64,000 nucleotides of DNA from Candidatus Latescibacterota bacterium (GTDB taxonomy: Bacteria; Latescibacterota; UBA2968; UBA8231). The notes beneath the pieces are model-generated. The model saw only the letters and a list, made by a program, of their open reading frames with translations, searched no databases and was not told the DNA's origin. A program made the translations under genes and the position numbers. The DNA lies in NCBI GenBank assembly GCA_965248265.1, contig CBDFJF010000001.1, positions 2,944,001-3,008,000 of the forward strand, read 5' to 3'. Positions 30,932 through 41,573 of the stretch are shown here, piece after piece (within the stretch, counting starts at the first letter, position 1; each line of letters opens with the position of its first letter).

Positions 30932-31249
30932 ATGTTCGCTGTCGTCGAAATCGCCGGAAAACAGCTTCGCGTCGACAAAGGAGCCATGGTCAAGGTGCCG
31001 CTCCTGGATGCCGAAGAAGGCAGCAAACACAGCTTCGGTGATGTCTTGCTGGTCTCGGCGGATGGCAACACCCAGGTTGGCCAGCCTCACGTTGATGGGG
31101 CGTCAGTCGAGGCCACCGTGCTCGGGCATGGCAAGGACAAGAAGGTGGTCGTCTTCAAGATGAAACGGCGCAAGAATTATCGTCGCCGCAACGGTCACCG
31201 CCAACAGTTCACCGAACTCCAGATCGACGACATCGCAGTTTCCAGCTAG
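30932..31249 (+). CDS. rplU: 50S ribosomal protein L21
   Basis: [11 protein letters not shown] and [17 protein letters not shown]. Confidence 0.97.
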   Translation: MFAVVEIAGKQLRVDKGAMVKVPLLDAEEGSKHSFGDVLLVSADGNTQVGQPHVDGASVEATVLGHGKDKKVVVFKMKRRKNYRRRNGHRQQFTELQIDDIAVSS

Positions 31250-31260
31250 GGGAATTCGAG

Positions 31261-31518
31261 ATGGCCCACAAAAAAGGTGTCGGTAGTTCCCGAAACGGGC
31301 GCGACAGCAACGCACAGCGGCTGGGCGTGAAGCGTTTTGGTGGAGAAAAGGTCAGTGCGGGCACCATTCTCGTACGACAGCGCGGCACCCGCATTCATCC
31401 GGGAATTAACGTTGGTAAAGGTGGCGATGACACCCTGTTTGCCACGGCGGATGGCGAGGTTCGTTACGAGCGGGCGGGACGTAATCGCAAGCGCGTAACC
31501 ATCGTCGCCGCTGACTGA
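31261..31518 (+). CDS. rpmA: 50S ribosomal protein L27
   Basis: [16 protein letters not shown]. Confidence 0.98.
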   Translation: MAHKKGVGSSRNGRDSNAQRLGVKRFGGEKVSAGTILVRQRGTRIHPGINVGKGGDDTLFATADGEVRYERAGRNRKRVTIVAAD

Positions 31519-31576
31519 TCGCATTCGGAGTTATCTGAAAAACCACCACCCGTCCAAGGGCGGGTGATACAGATCG

Positions 31577-31612
31577 ACCGGTTGGAAGCCAACGCGCCAA
31601 CCGGTTTTTTTT
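31577..31612 (+). terminator. Intrinsic terminator after rpmA
   Basis: ACCGGTTGG/CCAACCGGT stem followed by a T run. Confidence 0.8.
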
Positions 31613-31695
31613 GTTCTCCCGACGGCCCCAACAGCCCATCGCTTGTTTCGCAAGCCACTGACTGCTTGGCAGGCCATCGCCTGCCTGGTTGGCCA

Positions 31696-31724
31696 TTGAC
31701 TGTGAGCAAGGCCATTCCTATTAT
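31696..31724 (+). promoter_or_regulatory. Sigma70-like promoter for frdABCD
   Basis: TTGACT-17 nt-TATTAT. Confidence 0.65.
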
Positions 31725-31783
31725 GGCTGCTCTTTGGCAGCATCTGAAGCGACGAACAACTCGGGAACTGATTCCAAGCGACA

Positions 31784-33514
31784 ATGAACATACCCTCCCA
31801 TGATGTGCTCATCGTCGGCGGTGGTGGAGCCGGCCTGCGGGCAGCCGTCGCTGCTGCTGAGACGGATTCGAGTCTCGATGTGGGCGTGCTTTCCAAGGTG
31901 TACCCGATGCGTAGCCACACGGTTTCAGCTGAAGGTGGCCTGGCTGCGGTCATGCGGGATGACGACAACTTCGATTCGCATGCCTTCGACACGATCAAGG
32001 GAAGCGACTTCCTGGCCGACCAGGACGTGGTCGAGGTTTTTGTCAAGGAAGCTCGTGATGAGGCCTTTCAGCTGGAACATTGGGGATGTCCCTGGAGCCG
32101 GGATGAAGATGGCCGGGTGAGTGTTCGGGCGTTCGGTGGTATGACGGTCAAGCGGACGCTCTACGCCTCCGACAAGACCGGGTTCCACATGCTCCATTCT
32201 CTCTTTCAGACTTCGCTCAAGTACAGCCAAATTCACCGCTACGACGAGTGGTTCGTCGTTTCTCTCCTCGTCGACGAGGGAAGGGTGTGTGGCGTCGCCG
32301 CTCTCAACCTGCACGAAGGTGGCATCCATGCCATCGCCGCCAAATCCGTGATCATGTGCACGGGCGGTGGCGGACGCATCTTCCCGTTCACGACGAACGC
32401 GGCCATCAAGACCGGTGACGGCATGGCCATGGCCTACCGAGCCGGGTGTCCTCTCAAGGACATGGAGTTCGTGCAATACCATCCGACCGGTTTGCCCGGT
32501 ACGGGTATCCTGATGACGGAAGCCTCGCGCGGTGAAGGGGGCTACCTAATCAATAGCGAGGGTGATCGCTACCTGAGCGAGTACGTCCCGGGAAAAATGG
32601 AACTGGGCCCGCGCGACATTCTATCTCGCTCCTTCGTCCACGAAATGCGTGCTGGTAGGGTATTCGAGGGCAAGTACGGACATTACGTGCACCTGGATCT
32701 GAGACATCTTGGGGAGTCCGTGATCGATGAGAAGCTGCCCTTCGTCCGCGAACTCACCCGCAATTACGTGGGCATTGACCCGGTGAATGAACCGATTCCC
32801 GTACGCCCAGTCGTCCACTACATGATGGGCGGTGTCGACACGGACATAACGGGGAAGACGCCACTTGACGGACTGTACGCGGCAGGAGAAGTCGCCTGCG
32901 TGAGTCTCAACGGGGCAAATCGCCTCGGTTCAAACTCTCTCACCGAGTGTCTCGTTTTTGGTGCTCGCGCCGGCGTGCACGCCGCTCGTGAAGCCTTGGA
33001 ACGAGAGCAACCCCTGATCAGCCCACTCGAACGGTTGGCCAGGGAAGAAGAGAAGCGCATCAACTCGCGCTTCGCTGGCTCCGAAAGCGATGACGGAGGG
33101 CGAGAAGGGGGAGAACGCATGGCCGATATCCGCAAGGATCTTCACGCCGCCATGGAGGAGGGAGCGGGCATTTACCGCACCGAGGAAAAGCTGACCATCG
33201 CCTGTGAACAGATAGCTGACCTGCGCGCGCGTTACGATCGCGTCCGCGTCGACGATCGCTCACGAGTCTTTAATACCGAGATAACGGCGGCCATGGAACT
33301 CGGATTCATGCTGGATGTGGCCGAAACGGTTGCCAACTCTGCCTTGAAACGGCAGGAGTCGAGGGGATCCCACTCACGCTCGGACTTCGAATCCAGAGAC
33401 GACGAGCGGTTCCTCCAACACAGCCTGGCCCATCATCAACAAGGGGCACCTCCCCGGATTGATTACCTGCCCGTGACCATTACCCGCTGGCAACCCGAGG
33501 AGAGGAAGTACTAG
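31784..33514 (+). CDS. frdA: Fumarate reductase/succinate dehydrogenase flavoprotein (E. coli FrdA-like)
   Basis: [10 protein letters not shown] (covalent FAD His, Frd-type Glu), QYHPT, HYMMGG and [10 protein letters not shown]. Confidence 0.92.
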   Translation: MNIPSHDVLIVGGGGAGLRAAVAAAETDSSLDVGVLSKVYPMRSHTVSAEGGLAAVMRDDDNFDSHAFDTIKGSDFLADQDVVEVFVKEARDEAFQLEHWGCPWSRDEDGRVSVRAFGGMTVKRTLYASDKTGFHMLHSLFQTSLKYSQIHRYDEWFVVSLLVDEGRVCGVAALNLHEGGIHAIAAKSVIMCTGGGGRIFPFTTNAAIKTGDGMAMAYRAGCPLKDMEFVQYHPTGLPGTGILMTEASRGEGGYLINSEGDRYLSEYVPGKMELGPRDILSRSFVHEMRAGRVFEGKYGHYVHLDLRHLGESVIDEKLPFVRELTRNYVGIDPVNEPIPVRPVVHYMMGGVDTDITGKTPLDGLYAAGEVACVSLNGANRLGSNSLTECLVFGARAGVHAAREALEREQPLISPLERLAREEEKRINSRFAGSESDDGGREGGERMADIRKDLHAAMEEGAGIYRTEEKLTIACEQIADLRARYDRVRVDDRSRVFNTEITAAMELGFMLDVAETVANSALKRQESRGSHSRSDFESRDDERFLQHSLAHHQQGAPPRIDYLPVTITRWQPEERKY

Positions 33515-34263
33515 TGAGCGATCCCACCATCACGTTGTCGGTCACCCGGTACAGGCCGGAACAAGAAGATGAGCCGGTGTTTCAGGAATACGAGATTCCG
33601 TATCATGACGACTGGGTAGTGTTGGATGCTCTCAACCATGTGAAGGATTATGTCGACGGATCTGTTTCCTATCGCTGGTCGTGTCGCATGGGCGTTTGTG
33701 GCAGCTGTGGCGTAATGGTCAATGGCGAACCCAAGCTGACCTGCTCGACTTTTCTGCGCGACTACTATCCTGGCACTATCAGGGTCGAGCCACTGGACAA
33801 TTTTCCCGTCGTCCGTGATCTGGTCATCGAAATGGATGACTTCATGGAAAAGCTCACGGCCGTAAAGCCATGGATTATCCGAGATGAAGAAAAACCAGTC
33901 TCGGAGGGGGAATACCTGCAGTCGCCGGAAGAGCTCGCCGAGTACAAGCAATTCAGCATGTGCATCAACTGTACCCTGTGTTACGCTGCTTGTCCGGTGT
34001 ATGGCCTCGAAGATGGCTTTATCGGTCCTGCCGCCCTTGCCCTGGCCCATCGTTACAATCTGGACTCGCGCGACAAGGGCCAGGATGAGCGAGCCCACGT
34101 CATTGCTTCCAGCGAGGGTATCTGGGAATGTACCTTCGTGGGAGAGTGCTCGGTTGTGTGTCCGAAGGACGTCGATCCAGCGGCAGCCATTCAACGCACC
34201 AAACTCGCCACGACCAAGGGCTGGTTCAAGTCTCTAATCATGCCATGGGGAAAGGGCAAATGA
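33514..34263 (+). CDS. frdB: Fumarate reductase iron-sulfur subunit
   Basis: SCRMGVCGSC, CINCTLCYAACP and CTFVGECSVVCP. Confidence 0.92.
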   Translation: MSDPTITLSVTRYRPEQEDEPVFQEYEIPYHDDWVVLDALNHVKDYVDGSVSYRWSCRMGVCGSCGVMVNGEPKLTCSTFLRDYYPGTIRVEPLDNFPVVRDLVIEMDDFMEKLTAVKPWIIRDEEKPVSEGEYLQSPEELAEYKQFSMCINCTLCYAACPVYGLEDGFIGPAALALAHRYNLDSRDKGQDERAHVIASSEGIWECTFVGECSVVCPKDVDPAAAIQRTKLATTKGWFKSLIMPWGKGK

Positions 34264-34676
34264 ACCATCACTCCCACGTGGCACCCGAACGCAAGGTTTA
34301 TCGCAAGGAAATCAAATCAACCTGGTGGCTGAAGAAGAAGAGTTACTTCTTTTTCATGATGCGCGAGCTGACGAGCGTTTTTGTGGCGGCCTTCGTTCTG
34401 CTGTACGCGTACGAAATCTTCCTGCTTTCGAAGGGGCCTCAGGTCTACGATCTGTTTCAGGAGTCACTTCGTCGACCTGTGTTCCTCCTGTTCTATGCCG
34501 TGGCTTTTCTGTTTGCGCTGTTCCACACCTTTACGTGGTTCGGAGTTCTGTCGAAGGTGCAGGTCGTCCGCATCGGCAAATGGACGGCGCCTGCCGCCCT
34601 GGTAACCGGGTCGGCTCTGGCGGGTTGGGTGGTAGTTTCGATCGGCGTTGGCTGGTTTTTCCTGACGCCGCACTAA
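34260..34676 (+). CDS. frdC: Fumarate reductase membrane anchor C
   Basis: TWWLK...MMRELTS and HTFTWF. ATG 34260 overlaps the frdB stop. Confidence 0.88.
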   Translation: MNHHSHVAPERKVYRKEIKSTWWLKKKSYFFFMMRELTSVFVAAFVLLYAYEIFLLSKGPQVYDLFQESLRRPVFLLFYAVAFLFALFHTFTWFGVLSKVQVVRIGKWTAPAALVTGSALAGWVVVSIGVGWFFLTPH

Positions 34677-34700
34677 GAAACAAGGATCGAATTAGAAGAA

Positions 34701-35060
34701 ATGTATAAGAAAAACCGAACAGAGCCCTTCTGGTGGGGTATGTTCTCTGCTGGGGGCATGGTGGCGGCTTTGCTGGTGCCCATTCACATTTTGATCGATG
34801 GTCTCGTCGTTCCGTTGGGCCTCGTCGATCGTGAAGTTCTGGGATACGAGCGCATGAGCGAATTGCTTGCCCATCCCCTGTTCAAGCTCTACTTGTTCGT
34901 GCTGATTGTTCCTCCTTTGTACCACGCCGCTCACCGCGTCCGGTTCTCCCTGTACGAACTGGGTATGCGTGAGTTCCGCGTTTCCATGGATGTACTCTGT
35001 TACGGCGGCGCCGTAGCAGGCACCATCGGCGTTGCCTACCTCCTTTTGGAGGTTTTCTGA
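34701..35060 (+). CDS. frdD: Fumarate reductase membrane anchor D
   Basis: EPFWWGMFSAGGM and HAAHR. Confidence 0.9.
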   Translation: MYKKNRTEPFWWGMFSAGGMVAALLVPIHILIDGLVVPLGLVDREVLGYERMSELLAHPLFKLYLFVLIVPPLYHAAHRVRFSLYELGMREFRVSMDVLCYGGAVAGTIGVAYLLLEVF

Positions 35061-35072
35061 GGGAGTCGAATC

Positions 35073-35576
35073 GTGGATGGGTTCGAATTGAAGAAACTGT
35101 CGCCGGAGGCGATCCCGCGCTCTCTGGAACGCGTAAACCGTTATCGCCTGATGAACCAGCCTTCTGTCGCGGAGAGCGTGTGCCGCGACATTCTGGCCAT
35201 TGATCCCCAGAACCAGGAAGCAGTGACAGGACTGGTTTTGGCACTCACGGACCAGTTCAGCCGCAACCACGGGCCAGGGTTACAGGATGTTCTCGATTTG
35301 GTCGGGGAGTTGGCCGAAGAGTACGACTGCGCCTACTACACGGGCATGGCCTACGAGCGGCAGGCCAAAGCGCGATTGGCCAGGGAGTATCCAGGCGCCA
35401 AATTTGACGCTTACGACCTGTTGCATGACGCCATGGGCTGGTACGAGAAAGCGGACGAGTTGCGTGCAACCGGCAACGAAGACGCGCGGCTACACTGGAA
35501 CACCTGTGTGCGGGTGATAGAAGCAGAAGATCTCCGGCCTCGTCCCATGGACGATACCGAGCCCGCCCATGATTAG
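35073..35576 (+). CDS. Hypothetical alpha-helical (TPR-like) protein
   Basis: Starts 12 nt after frdD with an RBS. ILAIDPQNQEA, YYTGMAYER and AMGWYEKA show a TPR-like pattern. Confidence 0.75.
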   Translation: MDGFELKKLSPEAIPRSLERVNRYRLMNQPSVAESVCRDILAIDPQNQEAVTGLVLALTDQFSRNHGPGLQDVLDLVGELAEEYDCAYYTGMAYERQAKARLAREYPGAKFDAYDLLHDAMGWYEKADELRATGNEDARLHWNTCVRVIEAEDLRPRPMDDTEPAHD

Positions 35577-35677
35577 ATTAACCCCAGCCACGTAGATCAA
35601 CCCCCCAAGAGCCCAGCCAGGCTAATCCGCGAGCAGGTCGTTCCTCGCAGGGTCGGGCCGGTTGGTCTCGACAGCGC

Positions 35678-36451
35678 CTATTCCTGTGTGATCAGTGGAC
35701 TGAAACCGGTGCGAGATACCATGCAGCGGATGAACTCGCGGTTCAAAAAAGAGATGTTGGCGACAGAGATCTCTTTCGGGCACACGGCCTCACACTCGTA
35801 CTCGTTGGTGCAGTTGCCGAACCCTTCACTCTGCATCGCCTGCAGCATGGCGGAGGTACGTTCGCGACGCTCGGGTTGACCCTGGGGTAGGATGTTGAGG
35901 TGTTTGACCTTCGCCGCCACGAACAACATGGCAGAGGCATTCTTGCAGGAAGCAACGCAGGCGCCGCAGCCAATGCAGGCGGCCGAATCCATGGCTTCTT
36001 CGGTTCTGTCTTGTGATATCAGGATGGAATTGCCATCCGGCGCTGACCCCGTATTAATGGAAGTATAGCCGCCGGCTTGAATCATGCGATCAAACGCGGA
36101 GCGGTCGACGCACAGATCCTTGATAACGGGGAAGGCCTGAGCCCTCCACGGCTCTACGTAAATCGAATCACCGTCCTTAAAATCCCGCATGTACAACTGG
36201 CACGTAGTCGTTCCTTTGCCCGGGCCATGAGCGACGCCGTTGATGACGAGCCCACACATGCCGCAAATGCCCTCGCGGCAGTCGCTGTCGAAGGCAATCG
36301 GCTCCTCTCCCTTGCGCATCAGCTCTTCGTTGAGGACGTCGAGCATCTCCAGAAAGGACATTTCCGGAACGACTCTCGTAACCTCATAGGTCGCAAAGGC
36401 GCCCTTCTCCGAGGCGTTCGACTGACGCCACACCTTGAGGGTGACACTCAT
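35678..36451 (-). CDS. sdhB: Succinate dehydrogenase/fumarate reductase iron-sulfur subunit
   Basis: [21 protein letters not shown] and [12 protein letters not shown]. Start reassigned to ATG 36451. Confidence 0.92.
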   Translation of the reverse strand: MSVTLKVWRQSNASEKGAFATYEVTRVVPEMSFLEMLDVLNEELMRKGEEPIAFDSDCREGICGMCGLVINGVAHGPGKGTTTCQLYMRDFKDGDSIYVEPWRAQAFPVIKDLCVDRSAFDRMIQAGGYTSINTGSAPDGNSILISQDRTEEAMDSAACIGCGACVASCKNASAMLFVAAKVKHLNILPQGQPERRERTSAMLQAMQSEGFGNCTNEYECEAVCPKEISVANISFLNREFIRCMVSRTGFSPLITQE

Positions 36452-36492
36452 GGTCCGTTGACGGCGTTCGGATGCCGCTGTGCCTTGTGTGC

Positions 36493-38403
36493 TCACTTGT
36501 AGCTCCTCTGAGCCAGGCTGACGTTCTCGAATTCGAGGGGCTCCTTGTGCTCTATGGCGGTACCCTCGCCAGCAAACTCCCAGGCCGCCACGTGGGCAAA
36601 GTTCACATCGTCGCGCAAGGCTTCGGCTTCCTCCGTCTGATGCTCCTCGCGGAAGTGTCCTCCGCATGACTCGTCCCTGGCCAGCGCGTCGTCGATCATG
36701 GTTTCGGCGAATTCCATGAAGTCGGATACGCGTCCGGCTCTTTCCAACACCTGGTTGAACTCCCCGTCGGATCCGGTGACCGTCACATCCTGCCAGAACT
36801 CCTCCCGGATCTGAGCAACACGATCCTTGGCTTGCATCAGGCCTGACTCATTGCGAGCCATGCCGCACTGGTCCCACATTAACAACCCCAACTCGCGGTG
36901 AAAATCGTCCACGGTGCGGCGGCCACTCACGGCGAGCAGGCGATCGATGCGGGCGGCGGCAGTCCCCTCGGCTTCCCTGAAGGCATCCGAATCCGTGGTC
37001 ACTCCTCCAAGTCTGGCGGCTGCGAGGTAGCCACCCAGCGTGTAGGGGATGACGAAATACCCGTCCGCCAGGCCCTGCATCAACGCCGATGCTCCCAGCC
37101 GGTTGGCGCCGTGATCGGAGAAATTGGCTTCGCCCAGTACGAACAGTCCGGGCAGGTTGCTCATTAGATTGTAGTCGACCCACAACCCGCCCATCGTATA
37201 GTGGACGGCCGGATAGATCCGCATCGGACGCTGGTACGGATCTTCCGCTGTGATTTCCTTGTACATGTCGAACAGATTGCCGTACTTCTGACGAATCACA
37301 TCGCTTCCGTCGCGCTCGATGGCCGAAGCAAAATCCAGGTACACGGAGCGTCCGCTACCACCGACCCCACGGCCTTCGTCGCACACGGCCTTGGCGGCCC
37401 TGGAGGCCACATCGCGAGGTACCAGGTTGCCGAAACTCGGATAGCGTCGCTCCAGGTAGTAGTCTCTCTCGGACTCCGGAATTTCACCGGGACGCCGCTG
37501 ATCTCCCCCCTGCTTTGGCACCCACACGCGGCCGTCATTGCGCAGGCTCTCACTCATCAGGGTCAGTTTCGCCTGATAGCCGCCGGAGACGGGAATGCAA
37601 GTGGGGTGAATCTGGGTGTAGCAGGGATTGGCGAAGTAAGCTCCTCGCTTATGGGCTCGCCATGTGGCCGTTACGTTCGACGCCTTCGCATTCGTTGACA
37701 GGTAGAACACATTGCCGTAACCGCCGGTCGCCAGCAGCACGGCGTCAGCCGACCAGGACTTGAGCTCTCCGGTAACCAGATCGCGAGTGACGATTCCCCT
37801 TGCGTGCCCGTCGACGACGACGACATCCAACATCTCGTGGCGCGGAAAAAGGCGGACCTTTCCAGCTTCCACTTGCCGCATGAGTGCCCCGTAGGCACCC
37901 AACAGCAACTGTTGGCCAGTCTGTCCGCGTGCGTAAAACGTGCGAGAAACCTGCGCCCCGCCGAACGATCGATTGGCGAGGACACCGCCGTACTCGCGGG
38001 CGAAGGGCACACCCTGAGCTACACATTGATCGATGATGTGGGTTGAAATCTGGGCCAACCGGTAAACATTGGCTTCACGAGCCCTGTAATCACCGCCCTT
38101 GATCGTGTCATAAAACAGGCGAAAGATGCTGTCACCATCATTCTGGTAGTTTTTGGCCGCATTGATGCCGCCCTGAGCCGCGATACTGTGTGCGCGACGC
38201 GGGCTGTCCTGCATGCAGAAGGACAACACATTGTAGCCAAGCTCACCCAGGGTAGCCGCGGCCGACGCCCCGGCCAGTCCGGTGCCGACGACGATGATGT
38301 CGTGTCGACGCTTGTTGGCCGGGTTGACGAGCTTGAGCTCGAACTGGTGACGCTCCCATTTCTCGGCAAGCGGGCCACCGGGGACGTGTGAATCCAGAGG
38401 CAT
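36493..38403 (-). CDS. sdhA: Succinate dehydrogenase/fumarate reductase flavoprotein
   Basis: [21 protein letters not shown] and [11 protein letters not shown]. Confidence 0.93.
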   Translation of the reverse strand: MPLDSHVPGGPLAEKWERHQFELKLVNPANKRRHDIIVVGTGLAGASAAATLGELGYNVLSFCMQDSPRRAHSIAAQGGINAAKNYQNDGDSIFRLFYDTIKGGDYRAREANVYRLAQISTHIIDQCVAQGVPFAREYGGVLANRSFGGAQVSRTFYARGQTGQQLLLGAYGALMRQVEAGKVRLFPRHEMLDVVVVDGHARGIVTRDLVTGELKSWSADAVLLATGGYGNVFYLSTNAKASNVTATWRAHKRGAYFANPCYTQIHPTCIPVSGGYQAKLTLMSESLRNDGRVWVPKQGGDQRRPGEIPESERDYYLERRYPSFGNLVPRDVASRAAKAVCDEGRGVGGSGRSVYLDFASAIERDGSDVIRQKYGNLFDMYKEITAEDPYQRPMRIYPAVHYTMGGLWVDYNLMSNLPGLFVLGEANFSDHGANRLGASALMQGLADGYFVIPYTLGGYLAAARLGGVTTDSDAFREAEGTAAARIDRLLAVSGRRTVDDFHRELGLLMWDQCGMARNESGLMQAKDRVAQIREEFWQDVTVTGSDGEFNQVLERAGRVSDFMEFAETMIDDALARDESCGGHFREEHQTEEAEALRDDVNFAHVAAWEFAGEGTAIEHKEPLEFENVSLAQRSYK

Positions 38404-38435
38404 GGCTATCTCAACTCACCAATCATTATCTCAAA

Positions 38436-39077
38436 TCACTGACTAACAAATTGGGCCAGGAAGATCCAGGCAGGGATAACGGCAAAACCACCCGAGACGA
38501 TTACGCACAAAATGATGCTTACCGCTTTCAGTTTGGGTTTGGCATAAAGTCCCAAGGTCTGAAAAGCGCTGCGGAAGGCATGCCACAAATGGAATCCCAG
38601 CAACAGCATGGCGGCTACATACCAGGCAGCGTAGAGGCGATCGCGAAAGGTCTCGACGACGAGATCGTACAGACTGCCATCACCGAGTTCACCGTATTTG
38701 AATGTCTTCAGATGCAGGACCACGAACACGAGGATCAGAGACCCCGTCCAGATCATGGTCCGCGAGGCCCAACTGCGGCCACCGACGGCTGTAGTAACCT
38801 GGTAGCCGACCGGACGGGCGCGGCGATTATCCCGTTCGACACTGACGGCGAAGTATATGTGGAGGACGAAGATGGCCAGCAGTCCAAATTCAACCGGTAC
38901 CAGCAGGGGGTGATTCACCAAGAAATCGGAGTAGGCGTTGAAGGTCGCGCCACCGTCTTTACGTAAAAGCAGCAAGTTGCCACTCAAATGGCCCAGTAGA
39001 AAACCGTATAGCGCCAGCCCCGTGACGGCCATCGCCAGTTTCTTGCCGATAGAAGATGTAATGTAGGACTCAGCCAT
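38436..39077 (-). CDS. sdhC: Succinate dehydrogenase cytochrome b subunit (single anchor)
   Basis: SSIGKKLAMAVTG, H..GN and HLWHAF.SAFQTLG; five TM segments with His ligands. Confidence 0.92.
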   Translation of the reverse strand: MAESYITSSIGKKLAMAVTGLALYGFLLGHLSGNLLLLRKDGGATFNAYSDFLVNHPLLVPVEFGLLAIFVLHIYFAVSVERDNRRARPVGYQVTTAVGGRSWASRTMIWTGSLILVFVVLHLKTFKYGELGDGSLYDLVVETFRDRLYAAWYVAAMLLLGFHLWHAFRSAFQTLGLYAKPKLKAVSIILCVIVSGGFAVIPAWIFLAQFVSQ

Positions 39078-39336
39078 GAGTGGTATGTGCTATTTATTAG
39101 CGATTATGAGCCAGCACTTGGCAGCTTAGAAGTGCGGCAAATATAGGACACCGCTTCAGGCGGGCGCAATCATTGCTTTGGTACGTCGAGCCATCGCCAA
39201 TCACGGTTATCTTGCCCACAGACTACCCTTTTCGTACCGTTCACGCACCCTTGAGGTTTGCCGCACGTGCCTCTGGGCCAGTCGGATGCAAGATGTTAGC
39301 ACGCAGCGAACGCGAACGGAGAAACAACACTATATC

Positions 39337-40497
39337 ATGAAGATCCACGAGTTTCAAGCGAAGGAGCTGCTCCGCCGATTCGGCGTGTCCGTGCCTAAAG
39401 GCGAGGTGGCCCAGACCCCAGAGCGTGCGGAGGAAATCGCACGTGACCTAGGCAGCCGGGTCATCGTCAAGGCACAGATCCACGCTGGGGGGCGAGGTAA
39501 GGGAGGTGGTGTCAAGCTGGCAGAAACTCCGGCGGAGGCCCGCGAAGCAGCATCCGATATCCTGGGGATGCAGCTGGTGACTCATCAAACCGGACCTCAG
39601 GGGCAGCACGTCAAGCAGGTACTGGTGGAAGCCGCCAGCAACATCGAGCGCGAACTATATCTGGGTATGACCCTGGACCGCGCCAGCAGTACCGTCGTCG
39701 TCATGGGCAGTTCAGAAGGCGGTGTCGAGATAGAAGAGGTTGCTGCCCGCTCTCCGGAGAAAATTCTCAAGGAGCAGGTCGATCCGGCCACCGGGCTCTT
39801 GTCGTTCCAAGCAAGTCGCATGGCACTCGGATTGGGTCTGAGCGGGACCACAGCTCGGCAGGGCGCGAAGTTCATCCTCTCTCTGTACGAGGCCTACAAT
39901 CGCGCGGACTGCTCGCTGGCGGAGATCAATCCGCTCGTGGTTACGGACGAAGGCGAAGTCCTCGCGGTCGATGCCAAGATCAACTTCGACGACAACGCCC
40001 TGTTCAAGCATGACGATCTGGCTCAATGGCGCGACCTCGACGAGGAAGATGCACTGGAAGTCGAGGCTTCCAAGTACGATCTCAACTACATAAAACTGGA
40101 TGGCAACATCGGCTGCATGGTCAATGGCGCCGGCCTAGCCATGGCCACGATGGACATCATCAAACTCACGGGCGCCGAGCCGGCCAACTTTCTGGATGTA
40201 GGCGGCGGTGCGAGCGCGGAAACGGTCGAAAACGGTTTCCGGATTCTGCTTTCGGACCCTAATGTGAAAGCCATTCTGATCAACATCTTCGGCGGTATCG
40301 TTCGCTGTGACAGAGTCGCTGAGGGGGTGATCCAGGCGCGCCAGAACATCGATGTGTCAGTGCCAATCGTCGTTCGCCTGGCGGGTACAAACGCCGATGT
40401 GGCAGCCAAGATTCTGGAGGAATCCGATCTCGATTTCGCAGTCGGTCACGGTCTCAAGGACGCGGCGTCTCTGGTCGTTGAAGCTTTGAAGGGTTGA
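39337..40497 (+). CDS. sucC: Succinyl-CoA synthetase beta subunit
   Basis: MKIHEFQAK, KAQIHAGGRGKGGG, NGAGLAMATMD and NFLDVGGGA. Confidence 0.97.
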   Translation: MKIHEFQAKELLRRFGVSVPKGEVAQTPERAEEIARDLGSRVIVKAQIHAGGRGKGGGVKLAETPAEAREAASDILGMQLVTHQTGPQGQHVKQVLVEAASNIERELYLGMTLDRASSTVVVMGSSEGGVEIEEVAARSPEKILKEQVDPATGLLSFQASRMALGLGLSGTTARQGAKFILSLYEAYNRADCSLAEINPLVVTDEGEVLAVDAKINFDDNALFKHDDLAQWRDLDEEDALEVEASKYDLNYIKLDGNIGCMVNGAGLAMATMDIIKLTGAEPANFLDVGGGASAETVENGFRILLSDPNVKAILINIFGGIVRCDRVAEGVIQARQNIDVSVPIVVRLAGTNADVAAKILEESDLDFAVGHGLKDAASLVVEALKG

Positions 40498-40570
40498 ACA
40501 GACTTCCGTTCAACCCTTCAAAGCTTGCGGAGTTTCACCGTGGGCTCAAACTGCGAGCCCTCGGTGAAAC
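40481..40570. repeat. Two adjacent palindromes between sucC and sucD
   Basis: A perfect 19-bp inverted repeat (40481-40499 / 40508-40526), then GTTTCACCG.GGGCTC...GAGCCC.CGGTGAAAC (40532-40570). Confidence 0.85.
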
Positions 40571-40634
40571 GTCCTGAAGCACACACACCGTTTCGTGGTA
40601 ACTCTGGCAGTTACTGATTAAGAAAGCGCGAAAG

Positions 40635-41507
40635 ATGACTATTCTGGTTGATGATAACACGCGGGTTGTGGTGCAGGGGATTACTGGGGGAGAGGGGTCG
40701 TTTCATACTCGGCAGATGGTGGAGTACGGGACGAATGTGGTGGCTGGGGTGACGCCCGGAAAGGGGGGGCAGGACTTTGAGGGGATTCCCGTGTACGACA
40801 CCGTGTCGGCGGCTGTTGAGCAGACGGGGGCTGATGTATCGGTAATCTTTGTGCCGCCTCCGTTCGCCGGTGATGCCATCATGGAATCGGCGGAGGCCGG
40901 GATCGGTCTTGTCGTCTGCATCACCGAGGGGATTCCGGTAACGGACATGGTGCGAGCCTACCAGTATATCGGACAACGCTCTACCCGCCTGATCGGGCCC
41001 AACTGTCCCGGCATCATCTCTCCGGGCAAGTGCAAGATCGGCATCATGCCCGGCTTCATTCACAAACCCGGGTCTGTCGGTGTGATTTCGCGCAGTGGAA
41101 CGCTCACCTATGAGGCGGTCGGACAACTCACCGAGCGCGGCCTGGGGCAATCGACCTGTATCGGTATCGGCGGTGATCCGGTAATCGGTACCCGTTTTCT
41201 CGATGCCTTCAAGTTGTTCGCACAGGATGATGGCACCGAGGCCGTCGTCATGATCGGAGAGATTGGCGGCACCGCTGAAGAGGAGGCGGCCGAGTACATC
41301 GCCTCCACTTCATTCGACAAACCAGTCGTCGGTTTCATCGCCGGCCGCACCGCGCCTCCGGGCCGTCGCATGGGTCACGCGGGAGCCATCGTTGCCGGTG
41401 GTAAGGGCACGGCCGAAGAGAAAATGAAATCGATGACGGCAGCCGGAATCCACGTGTGTGAATCTCCCGCCGACATCGGAGCGACTGTCGAGGGTCTCCT
41501 TAGATAG
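40635..41507 (+). CDS. sucD: Succinyl-CoA synthetase alpha subunit
   Basis: [21 protein letters not shown] and MGHAGA (phospho-His). Confidence 0.97.
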   Translation: MTILVDDNTRVVVQGITGGEGSFHTRQMVEYGTNVVAGVTPGKGGQDFEGIPVYDTVSAAVEQTGADVSVIFVPPPFAGDAIMESAEAGIGLVVCITEGIPVTDMVRAYQYIGQRSTRLIGPNCPGIISPGKCKIGIMPGFIHKPGSVGVISRSGTLTYEAVGQLTERGLGQSTCIGIGGDPVIGTRFLDAFKLFAQDDGTEAVVMIGEIGGTAEEEAAEYIASTSFDKPVVGFIAGRTAPPGRRMGHAGAIVAGGKGTAEEKMKSMTAAGIHVCESPADIGATVEGLLR

Positions 41508-41573
41508 ACCGATCGATATTGGCGCTACTGTCGAAGCCTGCTCGCCCAGAGCCGGCTTCGCTGCTGGAGCGAC

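Noticed and set aside
41533-41561. Hairpin between convergent sucD and the CPBP gene
   Set aside because: Most simply an ordinary terminator-like hairpin; no other copies noticed.
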